A DNA stretch of 64,000 nt from Bacillota bacterium (GTDB lineage: Bacteria > Bacillota > Clostridia > Christensenellales > Aristaeellaceae). This document shows positions 46,570 to 56,233 of the stretch, piece after piece (within the stretch, counting starts at the first letter, position 1; the number at the start of each line of letters is the position of its first letter). The stretch spans positions 1,820 through 65,819 of the forward strand of contig JASGUQ010000040.1 in assembly GCA_030057655.1 (NCBI GenBank), written 5' to 3'. The translations under genes were made by a program, and so were the position numbers. The notes under the pieces are model-generated. The model saw only the letters and a program-made list of their open reading frames with translations, was not told the DNA's origin and searched no databases.

Positions 46570-47694
46570 TTATGCCTGGAGCAGTTCCTTGACCTTGTCC
46601 AGAAAGCCTTTGCGGCTTTCATATTCCTTGCCGCTGCTAATCTTGTCAAACTCGCGGAGCAGCTCCTTTTGCTTTTCGTTGAGTTTTTTGGGAATTTCAA
46701 CCTTGACCCTGACGACCAGGTCACCCCTCGCTGTGCCGTGCAGCTGCTGGACGCCCTCACCCCTGATCCTGAAAAGCGCGCCATCCTGGGTGCCTTCCGG
46801 AATCTTGTGGGAAACCTTGCCCTTTAAGGTTGGAATATCAACCGTGGCGCCAAGGGCCGCCTGGGTGAATGAGATGGGCATCTCCAGATAAAGCGTGGTG
46901 CCTTCGCGCCTGAACAGCTTGTGGGGCTTGACGGAAATGGCGATCAGGAGGTCGCCGTTGGGGCCGTTGTTAAGGCCGGGTTCGCCCTGGCCGGACATGA
47001 CAAAAACCTGGCCATCATCCGCGCCCGGGGGGATGGTGAAGTTGGCGGTGCGCTTCCTGCGCACGCGGCCCGATCCCTTGCAGGTGTCGCAGGGGTTTTT
47101 GATGGTCTGGCCCGTGCCGCCGCAGGCGGTGCAGGTGCGCAGGGTGACCATGAAGCCGGAGCCGGAGCGGATCTGTCCAGTGCCCTTACAGACGGAGCAG
47201 GTCTCCGGCGCGCTGCCGTCCTTCCCCCCTGTCCCCTTGCAGGTGTCGCAGTTTTCCGCGCGCATAAAATCAATGGACTTTGACGTGCCAAAGACGGCCT
47301 CCTCAAACTCGATCCTGAGGTTGACCTGGATGTCGCGTCCGCGCATGGGCGCGTTGCGCCGCTGTCCGCGCGTCGCTCCGCCGCCAAACAACTGGTCAAA
47401 GATGGAATCAAAGCCGCCGAAGCTGCCGGCGTCAAAACCGCCGAAACCTCCAAAGCCGCCCATTTGCGGCGGGCCGTCCATGCCAAACTGGTCATAAGTG
47501 GCGCGCTTCTGCGGATCCGAGAGGACCTCATTGGCCTCGTTGATCTCCCGGAAGCGTGCTTCTGCTGTTTTATCGTTAGGGTGCAAATCGGGATGGGATT
47601 CCTTGGCCAGTTTGCGGTAGGCGCGTTTGATCTCCTCCGCTGTGGCCTTTTTATCTACCCCAAGCACCTCGTAATAGTCTCTTTTTTTTGCCAT
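46570..47694 (-). CDS. dnaJ: molecular chaperone DnaJ
   Basis: MAKKRDYYEVLGV…HPD, a G/F-rich region, and four CxxCxGxG zinc motifs (CDTCKGTG, CSVCKGTG, CTACGGTG, CDTCKGSG). Confidence 0.95.
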   Translation of the reverse strand: MAKKRDYYEVLGVDKKATAEEIKRAYRKLAKESHPDLHPNDKTAEARFREINEANEVLSDPQKRATYDQFGMDGPPQMGGFGGFGGFDAGSFGGFDSIFDQLFGGGATRGQRRNAPMRGRDIQVNLRIEFEEAVFGTSKSIDFMRAENCDTCKGTGGKDGSAPETCSVCKGTGQIRSGSGFMVTLRTCTACGGTGQTIKNPCDTCKGSGRVRRKRTANFTIPPGADDGQVFVMSGQGEPGLNNGPNGDLLIAISVKPHKLFRREGTTLYLEMPISFTQAALGATVDIPTLKGKVSHKIPEGTQDGALFRIRGEGVQQLHGTARGDLVVRVKVEIPKKLNEKQKELLREFDKISSGKEYESRKGFLDKVKELLQA

Positions 47695-47763
47695 AGTCTC
47701 CTCTTGCGGCAAAATGCCGGTCTTTATTTTCTCTGACGGCTTTTGCAGCTATATAAACAGGCT

Positions 47764-47788
47764 CAAGCCGGTCGCTTGGACCGGCTTG
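47764..47788 (-). terminator. dnaK-dnaJ intergenic hairpin (partial terminator or processing site)
   Basis: On the minus strand, CAAGCCGGTC-N5-GACCGGCTTG lies directly after the dnaK stop. The U-tract is weak. Confidence 0.4.
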
Positions 47789-47799
47789 AACCCGGGAAC

Positions 47800-49620
47800 T
47801 TAGTGTACGTCGCCTTCGACGTCTACGCTGCCGTCCGGATTGGTCTGCGGTCCTTCCTGTGTATAGTCGCCGGGGTTGGGCTGGCCTTCCTGGCTCTGGT
47901 AGAGCTTGCCGAACACCTCATAGATCTTCTGGGTGGCCTGATCCATGGCTGTCTTGATGGCCGCGGCGTCGCCGCCTTCGCGCACCTTTTTGAAAGCGTC
48001 AAGCTCTGCCTGAACGGTCGCCTTGTCTTCCTCAGACAGCTTGTCGCCGTTCTCACGCAGCTGCTTTTCGATCTCGTACTGGAAGGAGTCGGCGCGGTTC
48101 AAGGTCTCGACCTCTTCCTTGCGGCGCTTGTCTTCCTCGGCGAACTGCTCCGCTTCCTTGACGCGCTGGTTGATCTCGTCCTCAGTCAGGTTGGTGGAAG
48201 CGGTGATGGTGACGTTCTGGGTGTTGCCGGTGCCCAGATCCTTAGCGGTGACGGAAACAATGCCGTTCTTGTCGATGTTGAACTTGACCTCGATCTGCGG
48301 CACGCCGCGGGGAGCGGCGGGGATGCCGGTCAGCTGGAAGCGGCCAAGGGTCTTGTTGTCATACGCCATGGGGCGCTCGCCCTGCAGGACGTGGATCTCA
48401 ACAGTGGTCTGCCCGTCAGCGGCGGTGGAGAACACCTGTGATTTCTCCGTGGGGATGGTGGTGTTGCGCTCGATGAGGCGGGTAAAGATGTGGCCTTCCG
48501 TCTCAATGCCCAGGCTCAGGGGCGTGACATCCAGAAGGAGGACGTCTTTAACCTCGCCGCCCAGGACGCCTGCTTGGATGGCGGCGCCGATGGCAACGCA
48601 CTCGTCCGGGTTGATGCCCTTGAAAGGCTCTTTGCCGGTGATGTTCTTCACCGCTTCCTGAACCGCGGGGATGCGGGTGGAGCCGCCGACCAGGATGACT
48701 TTCTCAACCTGGGACGCGGTGAGGCCGGCATCCTTCAAAGCGGTCTGCATGGGCCCGATGGTGCGCTCGACCAGGTCATGGGTCAGCTCGTTAAACTTGG
48801 CGCGGGTCAGGGTGATGTCCAGGTGCTTGGGGCCATTGGCGTCCGCGGTGATAAAGGGCAGGTTGATGTTGGCGGCCATGACGCCGGACAGGTCGATCTT
48901 CGCCTTTTCTGCGGCTTCCTTTAAGCGCTGCAGGGCCATGCGGTCCTTCTTAAGGTCGATGCCGTTTTCCTGCTTGAAGACTTCTGCGATGTAGTCGACC
49001 AGCCTGTCGTCAAAGTCGTCGCCGCCCAGCTTGGTGTCGCCGTTGGTGGCCAGCACCTCAAACACGCCGTCGCCGATCTCCAGAATGGAGACGTCAAAGG
49101 TGCCGCCGCCCAGGTCATAGACCAGAATCTTGTGGGAATCGTCCTTGTCCAGGCCATAGGCCAGGGAAGCCGCAGTGGGCTCGTTGATGATGCGCAGAAC
49201 GTCCAAACCCGCGATGCGGCCTGCGTCCTTGGTGGCCTGACGCTGGGAGTCGGAGAAGTAAGCGGGCACGGTGATGACAGCCTGGGTGACGGTTTCGCCC
49301 AGATAGCTCTCAGCGTCCTTCTTCAGTTTCTGCAGCACCATGGCGGAGATCTCCTGGGGGGTGTAATCCTTGCCGTCAATGCTGACTTTAAAGTTGGTGC
49401 CCATCTGGCGCTTGACGGAAGAGATGGTGCGCTCGGGGTTGGTGATGGCCTGACGCTTCGCGATCTGGCCGACAAGGCGCTCGCCTTCCTTGGTGAAAGC
49501 GACCACAGACGGGGTGGTCCTGGCGCCTTCGGAGCTGGGGATGACGACCGGTTCGCCGCCTTCCATCACAGCGACGACAGAGTTGGTGGTTCCAAGGTCA
49601 ATACCGATGATTTTAGCCAT
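47800..49620 (-). CDS. dnaK: molecular chaperone DnaK (Hsp70)
   Basis: [18 protein letters not shown]…[10 protein letters not shown]…, full-length Hsp70. Confidence 0.98.
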   Translation of the reverse strand: MAKIIGIDLGTTNSVVAVMEGGEPVVIPSSEGARTTPSVVAFTKEGERLVGQIAKRQAITNPERTISSVKRQMGTNFKVSIDGKDYTPQEISAMVLQKLKKDAESYLGETVTQAVITVPAYFSDSQRQATKDAGRIAGLDVLRIINEPTAASLAYGLDKDDSHKILVYDLGGGTFDVSILEIGDGVFEVLATNGDTKLGGDDFDDRLVDYIAEVFKQENGIDLKKDRMALQRLKEAAEKAKIDLSGVMAANINLPFITADANGPKHLDITLTRAKFNELTHDLVERTIGPMQTALKDAGLTASQVEKVILVGGSTRIPAVQEAVKNITGKEPFKGINPDECVAIGAAIQAGVLGGEVKDVLLLDVTPLSLGIETEGHIFTRLIERNTTIPTEKSQVFSTAADGQTTVEIHVLQGERPMAYDNKTLGRFQLTGIPAAPRGVPQIEVKFNIDKNGIVSVTAKDLGTGNTQNVTITASTNLTEDEINQRVKEAEQFAEEDKRRKEEVETLNRADSFQYEIEKQLRENGDKLSEEDKATVQAELDAFKKVREGGDAAAIKTAMDQATQKIYEVFGKLYQSQEGQPNPGDYTQEGPQTNPDGSVDVEGDVH

Positions 49621-49670
49621 AATAGTTTTCCTCCAATAATATCTTAAATGTTGATTGATGGTTGATTGAG

Positions 49671-50219
49671 TCAGCCCGCGACCACGCGCACCATGGCATG
49701 CCGCAGGACCGTTTCGCCCATGATGTAGCCTTTGAGTACCACATCGCAGACTGTTCCGGGTTCGCCTTCTTCCGGGCCGGCCTGGGCGATCGCCTCTTCC
49801 AGCTTGGGATCAAAGGGCTCGCCCAAACGGTTGATGGTGGTGACACCCCGCTGTTCCAGAACGGTCATGAGCTGACGATGGACCAGGGAGACACCCTGAT
49901 AAAGAGGGTCTTCCGTGCGCGGCTCTTGCAGGGCGCGCTCCAGGTTGTCACAGACCGGGAGAAGCGTCTTAATGAAGGCGCGGGCGCCGTCATCAAAGCT
50001 TTCCGCGGAGACCTGGCGGTTGCGGCGGCGGAAGTTGTCAAAATCCGCCTGGACGCGCTGCGCCATTTGAAGGTACTCGTCCCTCTGTTTGATCACCTGG
50101 GCCAAGTCCTCGGCTTCCGGCACGTCCTGATCGGTTTGCGTTTCGGACGATTCAGCCGATTCGGGCGTAAGGGGCGTTTCCGTCCCAAGTTCCTGGTCTT
50201 GTTGTTTCTTCTTAGACAT
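49671..50219 (-). CDS. grpE: nucleotide exchange factor GrpE
   Basis: Acidic N-terminus, a coiled coil, and the C-terminal …[12 protein letters not shown]…[19 protein letters not shown]. Confidence 0.95.
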   Translation of the reverse strand: MSKKKQQDQELGTETPLTPESAESSETQTDQDVPEAEDLAQVIKQRDEYLQMAQRVQADFDNFRRRNRQVSAESFDDGARAFIKTLLPVCDNLERALQEPRTEDPLYQGVSLVHRQLMTVLEQRGVTTINRLGEPFDPKLEEAIAQAGPEEGEPGTVCDVVLKGYIMGETVLRHAMVRVVAG

Positions 50220-50245
50220 TGATGTCCTCCGTGATTGATTTCAGC

Positions 50246-51262
50246 CTAACGGGCCTGAAGCACGTCGCTCATGACCCGGCTGATAAGCCTGAGGGTGCTG
50301 ATCATGCGGCCGTAAGGCATGCGCGTGGGCCCGATGAGGCCAATGGCGCCTTTTTGACCGCGGCTCAGCTTGTACTGGGAAATCAGAACGCTGCAATCCT
50401 CCATCTCCTTGATGCCGTTCTCCGGCCCGATGTGGACAGAAATGCTCTCATTGCTGCCCTGGCGGATCAATTCCAGAAGGCGTTCCTTGTTTTCCAGTGA
50501 GGAAAGAAACTGCCTGGCCTTGCCCGCGTCCTGGTACTCCGGAAAGCCCAGGATGTTGTGGGTGCCGGAGATGGTGAGGTTGTCCTCCGTGTTCTGCTTC
50601 GCTATCTGCTCCGCCAGATCCAGAATGCCTTTTAGCACCTGAGGGTCCCCAGGGGCGTTGTCGGCAAACGCTGTCAGCGCGGTCTGCACCTCCTGAAGGG
50701 TTCGGCCTGCAAACTGCTCAGTCAGCATGCGGCTGATGGCATAGAGGGCGTCCGCGTCCAGGGAGCTGGATACCCGCACCATGCTGTCCCTGATAATGCC
50801 GCCGTCCGTCACAATGACCAGAAGGGCCAGGGCGGTGGACACAGGCACCAGCTGCAACGAGGTGATGCGCAGGTCTGCCTGGCGGGGGAGCATGACCAGG
50901 GATGTGTAGCCGGTTAATTCTGTCAGCGCCTGAGCGGTTGAACGAACCACATCCTCAAGGTGGCTCATTTGAGCCAGGTACTTGCTGCGGATCTCCTCTT
51001 CCTCAAGAACAGGTTCCGGCTCATGGGAGAGCAGATGATCCACATACAGCCGGTAGGCGCTCACTTTCGGCACGCGGCCGGCTGAAATGTGCGGCTGGCT
51101 TAGGTACCCCAATTCCTCAAGGTCGCTCATCTCGTTACGGATGGTGGCGCTGGAGAGGTTTGACAGGTACTTGCGCGCGATCGTGCGCGAACCGACCGGC
51201 TCGGCAGTCTGGACGTAGTCGTCAATAATGGCTTTCAGGATGCGTCTTTTGCGCTCTTCCAC
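50246..51262 (-). CDS. hrcA: heat-inducible transcription repressor HrcA
   Basis: VEERKRRILKAIIDDYVQTAEPVGSRTIA… I prefer the GTG at 51262, with GGAGG 9-10 nt upstream. The track start at 51298 would lie inside CIRCE. Confidence 0.93.
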   Translation of the reverse strand: MEERKRRILKAIIDDYVQTAEPVGSRTIARKYLSNLSSATIRNEMSDLEELGYLSQPHISAGRVPKVSAYRLYVDHLLSHEPEPVLEEEEIRSKYLAQMSHLEDVVRSTAQALTELTGYTSLVMLPRQADLRITSLQLVPVSTALALLVIVTDGGIIRDSMVRVSSSLDADALYAISRMLTEQFAGRTLQEVQTALTAFADNAPGDPQVLKGILDLAEQIAKQNTEDNLTISGTHNILGFPEYQDAGKARQFLSSLENKERLLELIRQGSNESISVHIGPENGIKEMEDCSVLISQYKLSRGQKGAIGLIGPTRMPYGRMISTLRLISRVMSDVLQAR

Positions 51263-51291
51263 TTGACAACTACCTCCTTTTCTTCCGGTTG

Positions 51292-51318
51292 TTAGCACTC
51301 GGATGCGTTGAGTGCTAA
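51292..51318 (-). promoter_or_regulatory. CIRCE operator (HrcA binding site)
   Basis: TTAGCACTC-N9-GAGTGCTAA, a perfect match to the CIRCE consensus, ~30 nt upstream of the hrcA start. Confidence 0.9.
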
Positions 51319-51327
51319 CTCAAGACA

Positions 51328-51356
51328 AAGATACCATGCAATCCGCGCTTTGTCAA
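51328..51356 (-). promoter_or_regulatory. sigma-A promoter of the hrcA operon
   Basis: The minus strand reads TTGACA-N17-TATCTT, immediately upstream of CIRCE. Confidence 0.55.
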
Positions 51357-51610
51357 CATTTTAAGCGATAATGGAAAAACATTTTTGGAACCGATCGGAA
51401 AACAGTGAAAAACAGCCTCATACTGAACGAATGAGTAAACGCACCGATAGGCTTAGCGGAGACGAAAAAGATCCGGCCTATCAAAGCGTTTATGATTGAG
51501 TTCAGTATCAAAACGGCTTGAGCGCTCTTGTGATAACCGAAGAATCTTGATAGGATTGTGTTAAAGAAGGATGTGCTTCATGAAACAATATATAGAAAGG
51601 AGACTATATA

Positions 51611-51952
51611 ATGAACGAATTTGACCAGACACTGGTTTTTGATGAACAAGAACTGGAAGAAGGGTTAAAACTGATGGAGTCCGTGATCGGCGGGCGATGG
51701 AATCCGCTGATCCTTTTTGAGCTGGAGCAGGGCGCCAGGACCTATACCGACATCAAAAACAACATCGATTATATCAGCGATACCGAACTGCAGAGAAAGT
51801 TAAGCGCGCTGATCGACAGCAAACTGGTAATAAAAGAAAACGCGGCGGAAACCAGAAAAAGCGAGTACGCCCTTACCCCCTATGGCGCTGATATCACGCA
51901 CACCCTGCACCACATCATGGACATCTCCATCAAGCACAGGGCGATGGCATAA
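51611..51952 (+). CDS. HxlR-type winged-helix transcriptional regulator
   Basis: …VIGGRWNPLILFELEQGARTYTDIKNNIDYISDTELQRKLSALIDSKLV…EYALTPYG, following the HxlR pattern. AAGGAG RBS. Confidence 0.8.
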   Translation: MNEFDQTLVFDEQELEEGLKLMESVIGGRWNPLILFELEQGARTYTDIKNNIDYISDTELQRKLSALIDSKLVIKENAAETRKSEYALTPYGADITHTLHHIMDISIKHRAMA

Positions 51953-52137
51953 ACACGCGGGCAGATCCTGTCCCAGTAAATTCTGTGAAAGATTTAGTAT
52001 GAACAAAGTGTAAAACCTTTGATTTTACTTGAGTTTTCCTTTGATTTTGGTGCTCCGGCATCGAATGAGGCTGATATTTTTGGCGTTTTGCGTGGTATAA
52101 TAAGTATGCTTAACAATCCAACTAAAAGGAGGACTTT

Positions 52138-53682
52138 ATGACAAACACCGGAAAAAAACTGACAGCCCTGCTGGTTGCCTTGATGATGCTGCTCAGCATT
52201 GTCCCGGCATTGGCGGAAGCGCCTGCTGGCGAAACCCCATTTGACAGAATTCTCAAATCCGGAAAGAACCTGAAATCTGAGGTGACCATCCAGTTGAATC
52301 CTCAGGCCGGCGCCCTGATCTCCAGCATGAGCGGAAGCCAGCCCGACGAGGAAAGCATGAAGGTTTTCCAAGCCATCTCCGATGCGATCAGCAAGTTAAA
52401 GGCCACCTTCATTGCCTCCGCGAGCGGCGTTTCCGGCGTGGTCGGAACCGACAAGGGTGATTTGATTGACATGCAGATGTCTTATAATCAGGACGGCAGC
52501 GACCTGAAGATGACCAGCAGCATGCTGCCCGGCGTCTATATGACGGTCGATCCTGAGATGATGGCGAAGTTTGCCAGCCAGGCAAACATCCAGGCAAGCC
52601 TCCAAGCCATTGACCAGGAAAAAGTCATGGAGAAGGCCCAGGCTTATCTGGACGTCGTGACGAATGAAGTCGGCAAGATCCAGCAGGCTTCCGGCAGCGA
52701 AGAAGGAAGTTTTGACACGCCTTACGGCACTTTTAAGAAGTGCACCAAGGTGACCATCACCAGCCAGATGGTGGCCGGGCTGATGACCAAACTGGGCGAA
52801 GTGTACGCGAAGGACGAGGACCTGCAGGCCAAGGTCAAAGAGATGGTCCTTGCCAGTGAAGCCATGAACAGCGGCATGCAGCATCCCCAGGGCGGCGAAA
52901 CCGCTGAGCCCAAGGAATACAAAGACCCGATCCTTGATATGCTAGAATCTTCCAAGAGCGCCTTTGACAGCGAAGATCAGCCCCTGTTTGACCTGGTTGT
53001 TTATGAAAACGAAAACTCCGTCTATGTTGACCTTGCAAACCTGCCGGATAACCCCCAGCCCTTCAACGTGCAGGTTCATGTCGTAACGGAAGAAACCACG
53101 GCCAATGTGAACGTGAAGTATATGCTGGCCGGCTTCAATTACACGGCTGAAGGCGAAACGCCCGAACCCACCGACTGGGTTGCGCTTGAGCAGAACATTC
53201 TGTCCGGCGCGGATTCAAGCGCTATGCTGGTGGAAGTCAAAGTGAACGCTGTCAGCGAAACCGAAACCAAAAACAAGACCGCTATGACAATCACCCTTGC
53301 GAGCGCCGGGATGTCCGCAAGCATCAGCATCAATTCCGCCGTCAACATTGAAACCATGGAAAGCAGCAGCGAGCTTGCCTTGTCCATGATGATGCCCGAT
53401 CCGCTTTTGAAGATCACCATGAACTCAGCGCCCACGGATGAGCAGCCGGTCGCTCCTGTTGTTGAAGGCATGAAGGAAGTTGTCCTCAAAGAAGAGATGT
53501 CGGAAGAAGACCAGAAACTTCTGATGGAAGCCTCAGCCAACATGGCTCCTGCTCTGCTTGAAAAACTGCAAACGGCACTGCCTGATGAAGCCCCCAGCAT
53601 CCTTCAGTTGATCCAGAACAGCATGGGCGGTTCACAGGAATCCGAAATGCCCGAACCCAGCGTTGAATCCGAAAGCAAGTAA
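52138..53682 (+). CDS. secreted hypothetical protein (acidic, Ser/Met-rich)
   Basis: AAGGAGG RBS and the signal peptide MTNTGKKLTALLVALMMLLSIVPALA. No recognised domain. Confidence 0.7.
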   Translation: MTNTGKKLTALLVALMMLLSIVPALAEAPAGETPFDRILKSGKNLKSEVTIQLNPQAGALISSMSGSQPDEESMKVFQAISDAISKLKATFIASASGVSGVVGTDKGDLIDMQMSYNQDGSDLKMTSSMLPGVYMTVDPEMMAKFASQANIQASLQAIDQEKVMEKAQAYLDVVTNEVGKIQQASGSEEGSFDTPYGTFKKCTKVTITSQMVAGLMTKLGEVYAKDEDLQAKVKEMVLASEAMNSGMQHPQGGETAEPKEYKDPILDMLESSKSAFDSEDQPLFDLVVYENENSVYVDLANLPDNPQPFNVQVHVVTEETTANVNVKYMLAGFNYTAEGETPEPTDWVALEQNILSGADSSAMLVEVKVNAVSETETKNKTAMTITLASAGMSASISINSAVNIETMESSSELALSMMMPDPLLKITMNSAPTDEQPVAPVVEGMKEVVLKEEMSEEDQKLLMEASANMAPALLEKLQTALPDEAPSILQLIQNSMGGSQESEMPEPSVESESK

Positions 53683-53709
53683 AGCACAGTAAAACCTCAC
53701 TTCCTGATT

Positions 53710-53742
53710 GAAACGGAGCCGAAAGGTTCCGTTTCTTGTTTT
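53710..53742 (+). terminator. rho-independent terminator
   Basis: GAAACGGA-N10-TCCGTTTC followed by TTGTTTT. Confidence 0.65.
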
Positions 53743-53801
53743 CAGCGCTTGCGAAGCGTGGCTGAAAATAGGTATACTCTTCTATGCAAGGAGTGAATGA
53801 C

Positions 53802-54422
53802 ATGAATGAAAAAGATTTAAAAGAGACCTTTTTGTCTTCTAAAACGGAGTTCGTGGGCAAGATCATCACAGTGGAACAGTGGCGCGTGTCCCTGCCCAAC
53901 GGACAGGAAGCAGGGCGCGAAATCGTTAAACACAATGGCGCCGCTGCAGTGGTGCCGGTCGACAGCAGGGGCATCGTAACCCTGGTGAAGCAGCACAGGG
54001 TGGCCATAGACAGGATCACGCTTGAAGTGCCGGCCGGGAAACTGGACGCGCCGGATGAAGATCCCTTTCTGTGCGCCAAGCGCGAACTGGAGGAGGAAAC
54101 AGGGCTGGTCGCTGGAAAATGGCAGAAAATGGCCCATGTGGTGACGACGCCTGGTTTTTGTACGGAGCGCATCGCCCTGTACCTGGCAACCGATCTGACC
54201 CAGGGCAGGCAGCACATGGATCCGGATGAATTTTTAAACCTGGTGAAGATGCCCTTGAACGATGCGGTCATGATGGTGGAAGCGGGACAAATCGAAGACG
54301 CGAAGACCTGCCTTGCTCTTTTGATGGCGCATCGGATCCTGAATCAGCCCAGTTACCTGTGGCAGGAGGGCGCGCACAGCAAAGCCTCTTTCAAGGATGC
54401 TTACCCGCAGGCCAAGGGTTAA
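53802..54422 (+). CDS. NUDIX hydrolase (ADP-ribose pyrophosphatase-like)
   Basis: Nudix box GKLDAPDEDPFLCAKRELEEETG. An AAGGAG RBS precedes the ATG at 53802. Confidence 0.88.
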   Translation: MNEKDLKETFLSSKTEFVGKIITVEQWRVSLPNGQEAGREIVKHNGAAAVVPVDSRGIVTLVKQHRVAIDRITLEVPAGKLDAPDEDPFLCAKRELEEETGLVAGKWQKMAHVVTTPGFCTERIALYLATDLTQGRQHMDPDEFLNLVKMPLNDAVMMVEAGQIEDAKTCLALLMAHRILNQPSYLWQEGAHSKASFKDAYPQAKG

Positions 54423-54435
54423 GAAGCTTGTGAGC

Positions 54436-55047
54436 ATGTATCAAAAAACGCCCTGGTTTTTAAAGCAACTGAAGTTTACAGGCGCCGGGGCAGACGCAAA
54501 CGAGATCAGGACAGAGAGGCTGCTGCTGCGCCCGCTCAGGTACAGGGACGCAAAAGACTTTTATGAGTATGCCAAGGATGAGCAGGTGGCCAGATATGTG
54601 CTGTGGGACGCGCACACCAGCTTAAACCAGACCAAAGCCATCCTGCGCAGCCAGATGATGCAGTGCCGCCAGGAAGGCTTGTTGACCATGGCCATCACCA
54701 TGAAAGAAACCAGGCGCATGGTGGGCACCATCGGCCTGGTGAACAGGGACTGGGACAACCACACGGCGGAGGTCGGCTTTTCCCTGGCGCGAGCCGTTTG
54801 GGGACAGGGCCTGATGACAGAAGCGCTCACAGCCTACCTGCGGTTTATTTTTGACCAAAACATCATCCACCGGATCGAAGCGCTGCATGATGTGGACAAC
54901 CCCGCTTCGGGTAAGGTGATGAAAAAGGCCGGGATGAAGGAAGAAGGCCTGCTGAAGGAGCGCATTTATTATAAAATGCGCTATGCTTCAGTCCGGCTGT
55001 ACGCAGCCATTCGGGATGAGTGGCTGAGGGAGAACGCAGCGCGGTAA
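54436..55047 (+). CDS. GNAT N-acetyltransferase (RimJ/RimL-like)
   Basis: IRTERLLLRPLRYRDAKDFYEY…, …IGLVNRDWDNHTAEVGFSL…WGQGLMTEAL…, and NPASGKVMKKAGM. The start codon is uncertain (ATG at 54436 or GTG at 54430). Confidence 0.85.
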   Translation: MYQKTPWFLKQLKFTGAGADANEIRTERLLLRPLRYRDAKDFYEYAKDEQVARYVLWDAHTSLNQTKAILRSQMMQCRQEGLLTMAITMKETRRMVGTIGLVNRDWDNHTAEVGFSLARAVWGQGLMTEALTAYLRFIFDQNIIHRIEALHDVDNPASGKVMKKAGMKEEGLLKERIYYKMRYASVRLYAAIRDEWLRENAAR

Positions 55048-55130
55048 ATATCACGATGCAAATTCACCGGTATCAATCAGACACCACCAGAAGGGTGGAG
55101 GAATAAGTTCAGAAGGGGGATGGTTGTTAG

Positions 55131-55289
55131 ATGATCGTTGAATACATCGGGGACACCTACAAGGTGTCGCTAAAAAAAGGCAAACATTATGAAACCGACG
55201 GCCTTGACCATGGAATGTATTTGATTGTTGACGAAACCGGGGAAGCTTTTGGATTTCCTGCCTCTGAATTTAAGGTCATCCAAGAGTAA
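55131..55289 (+). CDS. possible 52-aa small protein (MIVEYIGDTYKVSLKKGKHYETDGLDHGMYLIVDETGEAFGFPASEFKVIQE)
   Basis: Too short for the track. A purine-rich GAAGGGGGA lies ~11 nt upstream and a terminator hairpin follows directly. No homology recognised. Confidence 0.35.
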   Translation: MIVEYIGDTYKVSLKKGKHYETDGLDHGMYLIVDETGEAFGFPASEFKVIQE

Positions 55290-55298
55290 AGAGTTCTG

Positions 55299-55320
55299 AA
55301 CAGCATTGCTGCTGTTTTTG
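55299..55320 (+). terminator. rho-independent terminator
   Basis: AACAGCA-TTGC-TGCTGTT followed by TTTG. Confidence 0.5.
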
Positions 55321-55358
55321 TTCAATCAGCATCGTTTTTGACAGGAGGCCGATTCCCG

Positions 55359-56165
55359 TCAGCCAACCTTGTTCAGCGCATTCTTTAAGCCAGTCAAAAT
55401 CTCAAGCGGGGCGGCGTGAAAAACCTCAAAATTATAGGTGCCCGCATAAGAAAGCGCGATGAGACGCTCAAAAATAGCGAGCCACCTGAGGCTTCCAGTC
55501 CCCGGCACCCAGTGGCATTCATCCTGTCCAATCAGGTAATCGGACAGGTGGGTGTTGATGACCCATCTGCCGCAGCGCTCCAGAAAGTCTTCCGGAGCCT
55601 CATAGAAAAGGTGGGTGGTGTCCATGCAAATATCGCAAAGCACACCATCCCGGGTGAGCAGCGCCATTTCCTGCGAGGTTCGTCCAAGGCAGGTTCGCGG
55701 CAAATTTTCAAGGGCCAGGCGCTTGCCGCAGCTTTTGGCCATCGCGCTCAGATCTTTCAAACTTTCCTGGCAGGCGCTGATGTGTTCTGACCTTTCATTT
55801 TCAGGAATAGGTTCAAAGCTGGGGTGAACAACAAGGTTGGTGCCGTCCAGCGGTTCCAGCATCTGAAACAAGGCCAGGTGGGCCTCGATCGCCGGGAGAC
55901 GGATGCTCTGATCCGGAGAAGAGATGTCCCAATAGCGGCCAAAAGGGATGTGCCAGGAAGCGATCCTGAGGCCCGAATTCCTGATCGCGTCATATGCCGT
56001 TTTGATGTAAGGCTTCAGGATGCCTAAATCAATGGGGTCATGATAATAGGTGGGCAGACAGCACTCCGCAGCCGTGAACCCGGCTTTTTTATACTGCTCC
56101 GCTTTGTTTAAGTGAGCCTGATCCAGGCTGATACTCAGGTCAAGTTCCAGTCCAAGCAGATTCAA
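55359..56165 (-). CDS. xylose-isomerase-like TIM-barrel protein (sugar phosphate isomerase/epimerase family)
   Basis: 268 aa with …LVVHPSF…, …LALENLP… and …DTTHLF… His/Glu/Asp metal-site patterns typical of AP-endonuclease-2/TIM-barrel isomerases. Confidence 0.75.
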   Translation of the reverse strand: MNLLGLELDLSISLDQAHLNKAEQYKKAGFTAAECCLPTYYHDPIDLGILKPYIKTAYDAIRNSGLRIASWHIPFGRYWDISSPDQSIRLPAIEAHLALFQMLEPLDGTNLVVHPSFEPIPENERSEHISACQESLKDLSAMAKSCGKRLALENLPRTCLGRTSQEMALLTRDGVLCDICMDTTHLFYEAPEDFLERCGRWVINTHLSDYLIGQDECHWVPGTGSLRWLAIFERLIALSYAGTYNFEVFHAAPLEILTGLKNALNKVG

Positions 56166-56189
56166 TGCAAAAAATCTCCCAAAAGGTAC

Positions 56190-56217
56190 GGGAGCCCGCC
56201 GACAAGGGCGGGCTCCC
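56190..56217 (-). terminator. strong intergenic hairpin between the SBP and TIM-barrel genes (attenuator or mRNA stabiliser)
   Basis: 11-bp GC-rich stem GGGAGCCCGCC/GGCGGGCTCCC. On the minus strand it is followed by GTACCTTTTGGG, so the U-tract is imperfect. Confidence 0.4.
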
Positions 56218-56233
56218 CCATGAAACTTAGAAC

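Noticed and set aside
53486-54271. 261-aa minus-strand ORF overlapping the end of the secreted-protein gene, a terminator and the NUDIX gene. Similar ORFs lie at 56237..57379 and 57857..58891.
   Set aside because: It crosses an intergenic terminator. It is Ser/Cys/Arg/Pro-rich and lies antisense to a gene with a perfect Nudix box. The other two are antisense to clear SBP and permease genes.
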